DNA of 59,086 nucleotides, the filler included, from Sphacelaria rigidula (taxonomy: Eukaryota), in assembly GCA_964200075.2 (NCBI GenBank). It is 10 parts of 10 records of this genome, joined end to end, with 100 filler letters (N's around TTAATTAATTAA, not from the genome) between each part and the next. Parts side by side here need not be neighbours in the genome. Positions count along the whole stretch, not along the records: positions 35,515 to 41,333 come from CAXNAA020024224.1; positions 41,434 to 47,252 come from CAXNAA020024225.1; positions 47,353 to 53,169 come from CAXNAA020024226.1; 7 more parts are not named here. One strand, given 5' to 3'. Shown here one piece after another: positions 37,646-49,630 of this stretch. The notes under the pieces were generated by a model. The model made no database searches, had not been told where the DNA came from, and saw only the letters and a list, made by a program, of their open reading frames with translations. A program made the translations under genes and the position numbers. Every line of letters begins with the position of its first letter. Position 1 is the stretch's first letter.

Positions 37646-38521
37646 TACTACTCAGACAGGAGGTGAAACACTACGCACAGGTTCAAACACCATGTTGAAC
37701 TGGCTGGCGATGCTTGGAGGTTCAACTTCTAGCTCGTTGCCTCATGATGCTCACGCTAATCCATGGCGAAAACGGATGCAAAATAGCAAAAACCCAGTCA
37801 TTAGAACTCGGTAATTACACCAATTATAACTGGTCATTACCATTGTAATGGTAATAATTATAATGGTTATATGAAGATTTTGGATAATGGTATCAAACCA
37901 TTTTTTACTGTTACCGGCTACGTATGCTACATACAGCACACAGCTACAATAGTAGACAATACAAAACATGCGGTAGCGGTCATATTTTTTCGTAAATAAT
38001 TTAAATGTGCAACTTCTGGGAATATCAAAATACCAAGCCAAGTGCGTCATGGTCTTGCCCTTGGAATTTGGCTCAAAGTTTACGTATTTTTCAGCTCTAG
38101 TAAAGCCAAATCGCGTAAAAACGTGCCTCCGGCACGGCGCCTCCAGCGGGGCCCTCCGTGGCCGCCTACGGCGGAATCCCATCTGCCGGGAGCGTACTCA
38201 TCATCATGCATGCCATAGTCATAAGATGCTGGGGGGGGGCTCTTTGGCTTGCGGCTTCGCCGCTCCATCACCAAACCATCATGTACCATTTAACTGGTCA
38301 ATGGTTGCATTACGCGTGACCATATCACTTCTTGATGGCTAGATAAACCGTTTCCGAGCTCTGCTACTCATATATTGTCGGGATCCGAACCCTCGACGAA
38401 GAGAAGTATACTCCACCCAAACTGGCCGAATGATGTGTACGTTGATCATCACCGGGGCGTGGCGCGGCGGGGCAGCGGTGTATGTATGTTTACTCGCATG
38501 GTATAGTTGATGGATGTTGAG

Positions 38522-41060
38522 TCAGAAGACCGTCCATGGACCCGAGGCCGTTTCGACGTCGTCGGCTTCGCCATCAGCACCGCCATTTTCATCTCCACAT
38601 CTGTTGTTTTGCACCAGCCTGGGCTGGGCAAACTCCAAGATAAGCTTTATCAGCCCTTTTTCACGGATGGAGGACAGCGGACATCCTCCTGCTGCACGAT
38701 CGCTCGTATCCTGCTGCTGCTGCTGTTGCTGTTGTTCGTCGCCCGCATTATCTGTTGCTGTTTCCGCAGTAGCGCTGCTACACACACACACGTAAGGACG
38801 AGGAAAATCAATCGATTCGATCATATGAGAGGACAGGAGGGGATGGAGAAGGGATGAATAACGGTATATTGATCCATCGATCGATGGAATCGGTTGATGC
38901 ATAGTCGCAAATTAACTGACCCGCGGGATCTTCAGCCATGACCAAAAACATGGACGTACTCGAGGTAAACAAAGACGGACACACTCGATGAAAAGATTAC
39001 ACTGAAAGGTCGCAGCTCGGGAAAAAGCTCGAGATGCGGCTGGCTCTACAAGCGGTTTCACTGGATATATCGAAAGATGGGGTATATTCATGATCTTCAA
39101 TATCAAATGATTTCGCGATATGCATGCACAACTATATATACTTTGACCTTGCCTGAGCGCGACTACACCTAGGCATTGCTCCGTTCAACATAAGAGTACT
39201 TCTCCCCCCTCCTCCGATTTTACGGAGGAAACGCCAGAAAAACAAAGCGGGGGTAGCTATACAGTGTGGGCAAGAAGCAGTTGCGATCGCTGCTTCCTTT
39301 CAGAACGGGGAGCGGCTATTTTGTGATTTTCTGCGGCGTTGACAGTGGGACCTTCTAGTCGGCCGTATCAAATGCATCCGGGACCAACCTTGGACTCCAC
39401 ACTCGTGAAGACAAAAATAACCACGTCTATTTTTCGATCGTGCATTGAACAAGACTCGGCGGTTGTTCAACAGAATATATGTCTCTGCTTGGTCATGGCC
39501 AATAAAAAAGAGAAAAGAAAAAGATTTTATACAGCGATCAGTCAGGTATGAGGACACATATCTTAGGGGCACAGTCAGCGAAAATGAAATAAACGACAGA
39601 AATACAACTATTGATCGATGCCATACAACAGTTCCATGCCATTCCCGTTTCAAGTGCAATTGGCGTGAAGAAACTGGTAACATAGATGACGTGGACCTAT
39701 CATTCTTTCAGATCGAGTTGTTCGCTTTCGGCCGCTTATTCTCGATGGCACCACAGCATGAAAAATGGATGAAATGCCAACTCTACAGGTATCAAGTAGA
39801 CACGGCCTGTTTGTGTGTGTGATTTTACCATTTTGTTCCGGGTGCGTCGACGTGAGGTTCCTGTCGCTCAGGTAAAATCGCAGAGGATAAGCGTAGTCCA
39901 ATATAGGGACAGTCCCTGATCGGACGGGAAAAAAAAAACGGCGTCTTTTTACACACGGACTAACGGTATAGTAGAATAGACAGAGGCCAGGCGCCTGTGG
40001 TCAGCACCCAGCTCCCGAGAGATCACACCGCGCCTCCAGGCGGCACACTAGCGGTACAAACAGACGGCCGAGATTGCTAACCTCGGTGGTGCTCACAGCA
40101 CAGATGCGATGATTTTTGTCGAAATCAAGCGCCTCACAAGCGCTGCCATGGGCAAGCCATTTCGTACAGAGGTGCGCTCGAGATAACCACCCCCGAGCGT
40201 ATCGAGACGAGGATCCGCAAGTATCAATTGACTCTGGTTCGCCGGGGGCGTTGCCCGGCAAGCGCATCATGCTCAGACGGTAGACGGCACAAGGGCCCAA
40301 CGAGGCTGGCCCGGCCTTCAACGCTTGGGGGGATCTCCTTGAAGAGGGAAAATGCGTGCGCTTGGGGCTGCTACAGCCAAGGTAGGACGAAGGAAATGGT
40401 TCGTGCATCGAGTAGAGGTCGAAGTCTCACAAAACTGGATCACTACCAACACGAACTGGGGCAAATGGGACCTGGGGGCCAAGAAAGGGGCGAAGGACTA
40501 CGAGTAGGCGGGGTGACGCGCAGATCCTCACATGTGAATTGGGCCTACGCTACAAGTAGAAGACTGTTGCGTTGACAGCTACCAGTGGAAGAGCATCCAC
40601 GGCTTGCACAATGTTATCAGCATTGACTTATTACTCTCTTTGCTTGCAACCTGAGCGATGTTCCCAAATAGCTGTGTCTTTCGGCATGTATTGCTTGCTC
40701 TACGTGTGCCATTTCCCTGTATTTTTTCTGTCCATCCACTCTCTATTGCCTTTCTCTTTTTCTCTTTCTGAGAATATTTCTGCAAAAGTGACAAGGAGTG
40801 GGTTGTGACGTCATCGAACTGCAGGAGAAGAGGAGACCAGGAGAACGGAGATTTTCGCCGCGAGATATCGTGTTTCCACTGCAGGGCAAAAATGAGCAAG
40901 GGAGGAGCTATACAACATAGGGGGGTCTAGTTGACGGTCAAGGAGTCGACCGTCGATAAGGCGACGTGGACTCAGACGCTCACCAGCAAATGCCTCGTGT
41001 CGATGGCTTTCAACCTAGAAGGCAAGTCGAACGCTGTCACGTTTGTAGTTGCCGATGCCA
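38522..41060 (-). CDS. Probable 3' exons of an uncharacterised gene
   Basis: Candidate AG-GT exons at 40984-41060 and ~40652-40819. A terminal exon at ~38522-38777 encodes polyQ and REKGLIKLILEFA. The internal exon chain was not resolved and no family was recognised. Confidence 0.35.
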
Positions 41061-41433
41061 CTACAGACACATCCGACGCATCAAGTCAAGAGGAGACACA
41101 TATATATATATATATATATATATATTCTGGTCCAAGTTGGACAGCACTGTGAAAACCAACTTCTCAACAATCATGTCTTTATTTTGATAGACGCCACCGC
41201 TAGGGCTGGGGTAAGAACAGCAGAGGGAGACTGAAAGGGGGGGGGGGGGGGGGGGAGGGGGGGGGGGCCTCCGAGAAAAACAAAACAAAAAAACCCTTTT
41301 TTCAACAATTTGGGGGGGGCAAAAGGTTCCCCCNNNNNNNNNNNNNNNNNNNNNNNNNNNNNNNNNNNNNNNNNNNNTTAATTAATTAANNNNNNNNNNN
41401 NNNNNNNNNNNNNNNNNNNNNNNNNNNNNNNNN

Positions 41434-41600
41434 GATTGTTCGGCCCGAAGCCTCCTGATGATCTTGCATTTGGATGATAGCCTACAATGAGTTGCTTTAT
41501 TGTCTGGTAGCGTCACTTCCAGAGACGGGGGGGGTATACTCATTCGTTGCTTGCCTTAGTCGTTCGACCATTGATCAAGCATTCCTTTCGAGACGGAGCA
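41434..41600 (-). mobile_element. Form A internal fragment (41434-41527) abutting a mini form B (41527-41600)
   Basis: gattgttcggcccgaagcc...cacttccagagac followed by GGGGGGGGTATACTCATTCGTTGC...GAGACGGAGCA. Confidence 0.75.
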
Positions 41601-42306
41601 TATGGGGGATACATGTTTGCGTATTGCTTTCAACTTCAAGAGCCGGAACCCGCAACAGCTACATGCGTCTGTTGTTGGGTCTCTGACTATTCACACATGT
41701 GTCTTGCTCGAACTCGCCGACTGCCGACATGTGGAACACAAGTGGTGTGCCCCTGGCGATGGCGCCGTCTCATATCCGCGCTCCCCAGCACATGAGAACC
41801 AGAGTCTCGGGTAAGTCATACGCCAAAACATCCATCGCGCCCTGAAGCGTTCATATCGGCGGCTGTCGATTTCTAAAGGATTGGCAGATGTTCCCGTGTA
41901 ATAGAGCAACGAGGGTAGGCTTTGCGGAACAAGAAGACCTCGTAGAGTCAATTGATGTAGGCTGGGCCGACTGCTGTCGTTCTGGTCTTACAGTACTCGA
42001 CGCCTGTCGTTCTATCCGTACCCCAAAACCAAGGAGCGAACGTGTCATATATCCTGCGCGTCCATTCGCAGCAATACCCGCTGAGTATATCCGAATCAAA
42101 AGGCGCCTGAAAAAGTCCTTTACCAATGGTATCAAGGGGATCACAACCCACACGTAAAACCTCTCGGCGTTCATGTATGGGGGTCAATTATTCAGTACGG
42201 GGTCACGGTTCTCGGCCTCGGCTCTTCCTTGTACAGGAACCACCGGCGGTGGTCGCAGCTGCTACTGTAGACCCTGCTGCTGCTCTTGCGCATAATCCTG
42301 CTGCTT

Positions 42307-44652
42307 TTATTTTTTAGCCTTTCCAACGTTCTCCGTGTCTCGGGGCCCGATCATCTCACTCTCGTGTCCATCCATTCCCCCCCCCCGCTGCTGCTGCTGC
42401 TGTTGCTGCTGCTCTGGCGCCGGCCTTTCCCGTCCATCCTCCGCAATAGCCACGGGAACAGTTGGGTCGGCCTGATTTGCAAATACCTCTTGCATTTGGC
42501 TTTCCATTTGGTTGTCGACCGCTGAACCCGAGTACGAGAAATCCTCGTGCTGCTGCTGCTGCTGCTGCTGTCGAGGCAAGGACGCCGGGGGGGCGTAGAT
42601 ATGCCCTCCTTTCCGCCTAGAGAGGGTGGTCGTGGTTGAGGCGGTCACAGAAGGGGACGTCGGTGGAGGGGGGCATGGAGGCGAAGCGGAGTGCTGTTTC
42701 AATAATGCAGTAGATGGTCCTCAATATAGTATACCTACATGGACCATATACCCTGTGTACACTGCGGTTCTTGCTAAAGCACGTACAGTTTGATGTTTCC
42801 TAGATGTCCCTTCACACAGTACACCTGTGTCTTGTGCCGACGTTCCACAGCATGCTCCTTGGGGGGCGCACTAGCTTCATTTTCATTGGTCTTAAGTGTG
42901 GGGCAAGTATCCGAAGGAAGTGTGTTATAGCCTCTATGTAGAGTATTCTTTGTAGCCTCAGCCTAACCGCAGTCCATGCAGGGTCGCCTCTTCGTATCTG
43001 GATCCGTGCTTTTTTTGGACACTTGATTTTTCTCCACTTCAGCGTCTCCCATGAGAAGCTCTTTCACCTCAGGTTATTTCAGCTATTGACTGCACCGGTG
43101 ATGCTCTTACTCTTACAGGGGTACTCATGGTCTTACAGGGGTGGGGGGGGGGAGGAGGGGGCGTCCTCGTGGGGGGTACCGCTTGCTCCGTACACGCACT
43201 TGCTTAGGTTTTAGTGGCCGGAGACCTCAAGGGTACGCATTTACGATACGTCTCTTCTAGAAAAAATATTTTTCATGTCGCCGGCCAAAAAATACGAATG
43301 ACTAACACGCAAAAAGGGGTAACATTTGCGAGAAATTCCTGAATTCTACAAGGATAACTCAAACGCAGGGGCCAAGGGGCTCGCAACTCTTTTATTCTCG
43401 GGTTCGCTGAGCGTCCTGCCGCGAGGTCAAAAAGATAAGTTTCGCGGTGTCAGGCTGAAACGAAAACCGTACATGAATCCAAGGTTAATGGGTCGATTGG
43501 GAACCCACCCATCGCACCCATATCTGCGTTCGAGGCATCGTTGAATAAGAGTCCGTGTCTACGGGTCGTCTTGTGCTATGTCGTGGACTGCTTTTCCCCC
43601 CTTCAACTCGAGATGCAGGTGTTTCCCCTGGGTCTCCCTCGTCAATGTACCATCAGGATATGGTTCTTTCACTAATAATGGATTCACCCTAATTGCTACC
43701 AATGAGTGTGAAAAATAGCTATGGCAGTCATATATAAAATATTGATGATTATCATCAGTACATGAATTAAATTGCCACATTACTACTGAAAACATAGCGA
43801 CCACTCATCGCCGCGCCCCGGTGGTGTAATGGTCCGACTGTCGCCATTAGGGTGGAGAGAACGAGGGTTAGACTCCCAAAGCGTTGGGTTTTCTCTTCGT
43901 AGTGCGTAATTTCCATCGTGGAAAGCGTGAGAACGTGAGTAAACAAAGTGATCGATTGAGTTTGTTTGACGCGAGCTGACGCCGTGCGGGAGTGGTGATA
44001 GTCATGACCCAATCCGCGAGACCAATATGCAAGGCGTGTCCTTGGGGAGAGATGGGATGATCCCTTGAGACTAGTAGATCACGGACTCGTCCCGAGAAAG
44101 GGGAGGGGTTCAAAGTGCAAAAAATAAAATCATCCTGACCAGCTTACCTTGCGCTTCCAACCGCGCCCCGGTGGTCTATCTCGTACACCAGTAGCCGGCT
44201 ACAAAAGGTGTGGACGCGAATCCCAACATCAACTGTCCCTTTTCAGCGTAATCTAGTTTCTTGCCGTTGAAAGGGTGAGGGTGTCGATAGCAACGCAAAC
44301 GTGGCGGGAGTCGACGCCGTGAGAGAGAGCTTGTTCACTCGACAATACCAAGAAATCAGGCGTACAGCGGGGGGGGAAAGACGGTGTTGATCCCTTGAGG
44401 CTAGGGACTCATCCCGACAAACGGGAGGGATCAAGACATGACGTGGGAGGCGGGGAATAAATGGAGCTAGTTATCTTCGTTCATGCTCTTGCCCATCCCT
44501 CACCGGAGGAGATTGATCTCCGCCCTGATCGCGTCCAATTCGCGTGCTTGAAGCTTCACCAGAGCCACCAAGCGGTCCCTTTCCTCGGCCTCTCTTCGCA
44601 GTGAAGGTCCCTTCGATCCCAGGGCAGCGCTACCGCCGCTATTGTTCAACTC
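42307..44652 (-). CDS. CFAP44: Cilia- and flagella-associated protein 44, last two exons (5'-partial)
   Basis: Exon 44504-44652 (EERDRLVALVKLQARELDAIRAEINLL, phase 2) splices to exon 42307-42616 (RRKGGHIYAPP...). The joined LQA..I.A...EI.LLRRKG matches the conserved CFAP44/WDR52 C-terminus as recalled. Confidence 0.8.
43810..44130 (+). mobile_element. tRNA-derived SINE family 1, full length (~320 bp), in the CFAP44 intron
   Basis: Pol III A/B-box head, body shared with 49257-49630, and an A-rich tail. A diverged neighbour lies at ~44160-44435 and a 3' fragment at ~53780-53865. Confidence 0.85.
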
Positions 44653-44982
44653 CTGGAAAAAATGGATTGAAGGTGCACGCAGCAGACTGACTAGTTTTGT
44701 CACAACGACCAAAGAACGAGTGGAAGCACCTGCCGTCAACGTGGGATATATTGTACACAGATTCAAGAGTGGGTACCCATATGTCACGGGGTGTGGGAAC
44801 GGCCGCTGAAGAACACGAGAAAATGACCGTAACATGCGAACACGATGTGGGTCCAGGGGCTACGGGAGAGTTGATAGTCATGGTCCAATGCTCCAGTGCA
44901 GAGGCTGAACAGGCATCGAGGGAAATATGGATGGATCCCCTTGCACGATAACCTTGTCCCGAAAGCCAGACGGGGAAGGGGG

Positions 44983-45050
44983 GGCGTACTCATTTGTTGC
45001 TTGCCTTAGTCATTTGACCCTTGACTACGCATCCCTTTCGAGACGGAGCA
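44983..45050 (-). mobile_element. C-tailed mini element (form B)
   Basis: Flanks AGACGGGGAAGGGGG (44968-44982) and AGACCGGGAGGGGGG (45053-45067) match at 13/15. Confidence 0.82.
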
Positions 45051-45082
45051 TAAGACCGGGAGGGGGGAAGTAAGAAGCAGGC

Positions 45083-45341
45083 AAGGTTCGGATGAATCAT
45101 CGTCAGTTTGATTCACCAAACCCACCATATTTTAGGCCTGATTGCTCGGAACAGAGGAAAAAGTTACCCGCTGGTAAAAAAAAAGTCTGCACGCAGTTTT
45201 TGCGCCATTCCACTTGCCTGGGGTGGGCGTACCTGGGGTGCAACGGTGAAGACAAAAACCCAATGATTGATTCGTACGGTACAAATCAATTACACTAAAT
45301 TCAAGTAGTCTACAGACGAATCATTAATTTGTCCGACCCTT
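45083..45341 (+). mobile_element. MITE with 9-10-bp TSD (Mutator-like)
   Basis: Ends AAGGTTCGGA / TCCGACCCTT; flanks agaagcaggc / agaaacaagc; homologous to 623-878. Confidence 0.7.
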
Positions 45342-45537
45342 AGAAACAAGCGCTGAGCAGCACGGTTCTTTGGGAAAAAATACTAACGGCCGCTATGAAC
45401 AGCAAACGAATGCTACTTGTCTGGGGTACACCAGCTTCGGCCCGCTTTGACGTCATGGGTAGATACACAAACAAGTATATGAAAAGCGTGATCACACGCG
45501 GGGATAAATATAATGCCAGCGTCACGAGGTGGGCAAG

Positions 45538-45810
45538 CCGTAAAACGTAGAACCTGTCAGCGCACCACAACTTCTCTAGGTCTCACACTAGCCTGATTTG
45601 AGCATATCGGTGTGAACTGCGAACCAATCTGGTCATGTAAGCTCTCCCGATAAAGAAAACAAAATACAATAGAAGTCCTGCAGAATATTTGACCTGAGCG
45701 AGGGAACCAGGGAACCGGATTCTGCGAAAAATCCCGGATATGTCGGGGTTCGAACTCGTGACTTCCTTGACTAGAGTCTCGTGTACCACTTGGATTACAG
45801 GGGCGCAGCG
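45538..45810 (-). mobile_element. tRNA-derived SINE family 2
   Basis: Minus strand GCGCCCCTGTAATCCAAGTGGT...GTCACGAGTTCGAACCCCG (A/B-box-like); second copy at 1105-1360. Confidence 0.6.
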
Positions 45811-47454
45811 GTGTCACACAAAACGTTCCACACGCAGTCCAACTCTAGGAGTTTTGAGACGTACTCTCACCAGGATCTTCTGCGCGCAAGTGAAAAACTC
45901 TTTTAGTTGAATAAAGACATTTTGTTTTTTCATGGAGTTACGAAATTTTCTAGTTTTTTGCTGAAAGTTCCAATCGCTTTGACTCCCTGTTTTTTAGTTT
46001 TTTTCTTCGTATGCTGAGGACTGTTTCGCTTCTTGATGAAAATACCGTATCAAAATTTCGGCGCCTAACTCCTCAAATTTTAGCTGCGCGTCGCGTATAC
46101 CCCGAAAAACAAATATATAGGCTGGCTCAACTCGTAGTCTTGTAGAAACCTCGAGGACCCCATATCCCCCAAAATGGTGTGCGAAACCGGAAAACGCAAG
46201 TGACGTTAGAAAACCAAGTATAAAGTAGGTTGCGCACTAGACGCTGGTGACCAGGGGATCGGACTCGTCGTTGAGCGCACCTTTACACACATTCACGAAG
46301 TGGCCGGCTATGAGTGGCCGTGGTTCGTTTTTCACGCGTGGCATGTAAAAATCACGTGTTAATTTTTGGAAATATTTTACACAATATTCGGCCACAAAAC
46401 ACCACATACCAACCATACACCGGCTTCATTTTCACGAAAACAAGTGCAGGCTTTTCAAGGGTCAGCCGCTTTGGTGCACTTCTGTGTCATCTCCTTCTTG
46501 CTACCCTCTCCCGAAAATCCCTCGGAAAATCTCAGGACTTGACAGAAGTACAACACGACAGGGCATGGCTTTACAAAGACCCATTTTTGCCGTTACTGTG
46601 CGCTGAGATGTACGCACGCATTTTTTCATCTATGTATATATGTGTAAAAAACACCGCTTGGTTCTAGGGTAGCGTGGTTTGCACGCCTCGAAATACTCGG
46701 CTTTACGCACACAGCATCACGTTGAAATGGGGTCGTGCCTCGTGTATGGCAAGCACGCCTCACTAGGCAAGGTCGAGGGGGCCAGACAGTAGGCTGGATA
46801 ACCGAGCCGTAGGCAAAAACATCCTGCAGCGTGTTCAACGCTGCGCACCACCCTCGTATTCATGACTCCAAGGTATCAGAATGTCACGCGTAGGTAAATA
46901 ATATATCTTCTTGATTACTTGATCTTAACCTCTCCTTCGTATCTAATCTCTCACCTCAATCAGTCAGTGTCACCGTGATGTTAAACGTCCTTGCTTGGGG
47001 TGAGATGTATCAGTGACCTCCAAGGGTGGTCTTACCGGCTATCATCCCCCGCTATATACGAGTTCATACTCGTATCTGACCAACTCTGCACAGACTTGCA
47101 GTCTTGAAATAACCTGAAATACAGCATCTAGCTGGACCCGTCGGCGGGTCTGAGGCGGCCTGACAGCAGGCTAGTATGCTCCGACACTTTCTACGATAGC
47201 CCCCCCCCAAAACCAGCGAAAAGTGTCACGAAAAAAATGACCATACAGCGCCNNNNNNNNNNNNNNNNNNNNNNNNNNNNNNNNNNNNNNNNNNNNTTAA
47301 TTAATTAANNNNNNNNNNNNNNNNNNNNNNNNNNNNNNNNNNNNNNNNNNNNGGTTGCCTAGCTTAGGCAGTGAGTGGCGTGTTTCATAGCGTCATCGCC
47401 AAGCGACGCCAACCCCATCGGGGGTGGGGGCTTGTACAAGAGTCGTCAAATATT

Positions 47455-47591
47455 CACTCCCTGGACAATAGATCGCATTGCCAAAAATGTACTGCTTTGG
47501 GATATATTGTCTATTGCAGAAAACGTAGTAGCCCATACTGTGCGCAGTACACTTTTTGGCAGTGTAATTTATTGTCATCATCCAAGGTGTG
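47455..47591. mobile_element. MITE with 8-bp TSD, CACACCCTGGAC family
   Basis: Perfect TSD CAAATATT at 47447-47454 and 47592-47599. Confidence 0.85.
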
Positions 47592-48474
47592 CAAATATTA
47601 CATCAGTTTTTGAAGATTTTGTACTCGTACAACAGAGCCGTTTGTTTGGTTGTGGAAACGCGCTTTGGTGATATTAAGGCTGCAGCTTTTATGCACAGTC
47701 TGCACGCCCAAAAGCTCGGGTTCGCTTCCGTGTGACAAACGACCATTTACCGCGGTGCAACGTACCTCTTCATGCTCTTCTAGAAACTGTTTGCTTTGTG
47801 GATGCTCCAAACCGCTGCTATATTTCCTGCGTCTCATAAGTCAGGGTATTTGGGTTTGCAAGGAGCGTTCACCCCAACGCCGTGTGACTATGGCACTCAA
47901 GTTGGTGTCGTCAGTAGGGAGATGAAAAAAAGGCGAAAATCCGACGTATATTTTCCGTTCGGAATTCGGGTCAAAACTGACCCAATTCTGGCCACTTAAA
48001 ATCCGGGTTTGGCCACATTTGACTGATTTTTGTTTTTTTGGCATTTTTATGCTGGACATGAGTGGAAACGCGACAAAGTGATTTCAGACGAAATGTACCT
48101 AGCCTCTGCACGAAAAGTAAGCTTGGAGAAAGATTATTTTGCGATTGTTTTATATTTTTTACGCGCTTTCATTTATATTGCCCCAGGAAAAGGGTCGAAA
48201 TACAACCCTTGTCAGGCCGACTGTTTTTGTTTTGGCCTTGCGACCATGTGGGGTAAAGCGACATCTGATTGGTTGTCACACCTTAACCGATCCTCTAGGA
48301 GTCATGATCCAGCCGTAGTCATCATCCACATGGTTGGCGTACCCGAGCTAAAACAAAATGAAAACACTCGTTGAAGAAAAGTGAAGAAAAAAAATAGAAA
48401 GAGAATACAGACGACCAGAGTAGACACTGAGAGAAGAAGGGGGGGGGGAAGGGAAAACACAAAGGGAAACAATG

Positions 48475-48475
<1 letters not shown>

Positions 48476-48511
<36 letters not shown>
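48476..48511. repeat. (AAC)n microsatellite
   Basis: About 12 aac units. Confidence 0.9.
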
Positions 48512-48639
48512 AACTAGAAATGACCTGCCTCTGCAACATAGCTACGGTGAAAAAGATGTTTGCGCAAAAATCATGGGTGATGCGGGAACATAAAAGGGAC
48601 AAATTCCCACAAGTGTCTCGTCAAGGAATCACCTTCACA

Positions 48640-48900
48640 CACTCGTACCCAACATGACACAAAATTTGACTTGACGGTCGACGAGGGAAAGGGACTGCTG
48701 AACCTCTCTCGCGATAAAAAATAGAGGCAAGCACCGCAGAAGGGAGGGGGGGTGCCAAAAACAAATAAAAGAAGAAAAAGCTCCTGTGTTGACCTTTCTC
48801 CTGTGTGATCCCGGCTGGTGCGCCCACATATACCGAAAAAAGGTGTAGACTGGCGTCCAGAATGTATGGGACGACGACGACACAACAACACCCAATCGTC
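48640..48900. repeat. Dispersed repeat shared with 56555-56810 (possible LINE 3' UTR remnant)
   Basis: ggtcgacgagggaaagggactgctgaac...ggcaagcacYgcagaagg...tgtgaYcccggc occurs in both contigs. Confidence 0.7.
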
Positions 48901-49256
48901 GAGAACAAGAATCCTTGGGGGCAGATTTGCGGCTCATCTATTTCGAACTCGCGAATGTTGGGTATGAGGTTCATATCCGCGAACGCTGCTAAAAGGAGAC
49001 ACAAAACTGCTACTAAAAGTGCATACACCGGGAGGAAAGAATACACAAATAGAGAGATGGGGAGGGAAGTGAGAGAACGGAGAAGAAGGACGCTACAAAA
49101 GCGATGGAAACCCGAAGGACAGTACAGTAGAGGCGGCATATACACACACTAGGGAGCACCGCAGAACCATCATCCATGGACAAAATCAGCAGCCGACGGA
49201 GAAAGACGGGGATACATCAGTTCCCGTGTCAGATCATTTTCTCGACTTCATCCCAT

Positions 49257-49630
49257 GCCGCGCCCCGGTGGTATAATGGTCCAACTGTCGCCGTTAGGGT
49301 GGAGAGAAGGAGGGTTCGGTTCCCGATGCGTTGGATTTTTCTTCGTAATGTATGATTTCCACCGTGGAAAGCGTGAGAACGTGAGTAAACAAAGTAGTCG
49401 ACTGGGTTTGTGTGACGTGAGTTGACGCGGTGTGGAAGCGCTGACAGTCATGACCCAATCCGCGAGACCAAACTGCAGGGCGTGTACCGGGGGAGATATG
49501 GGATGATCCCTTGAGACCACGTACTCGTCCCAATGAAGGGTGTACTCACGATCATGCATGCCATGGTCATTAGACCATTGGTGAAGGGGAGGAGTTGAAA
49601 GTGCGACAAATAAAATATTAAAATAAATAA
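49257..49630 (+). mobile_element. tRNA-derived SINE family 1, full length, carrying a ~45-bp C-tailed insertion at 49537-49580
   Basis: A/B boxes, shared body and an aaataaaat tail; has an extra segment relative to the 44085-44118 copy. Confidence 0.85.

Noticed and set aside
32037..44652. Functional clustering of PLGG1, CFAP44 and neighbouring genes
   Set aside because: They lie on different contigs joined artificially.
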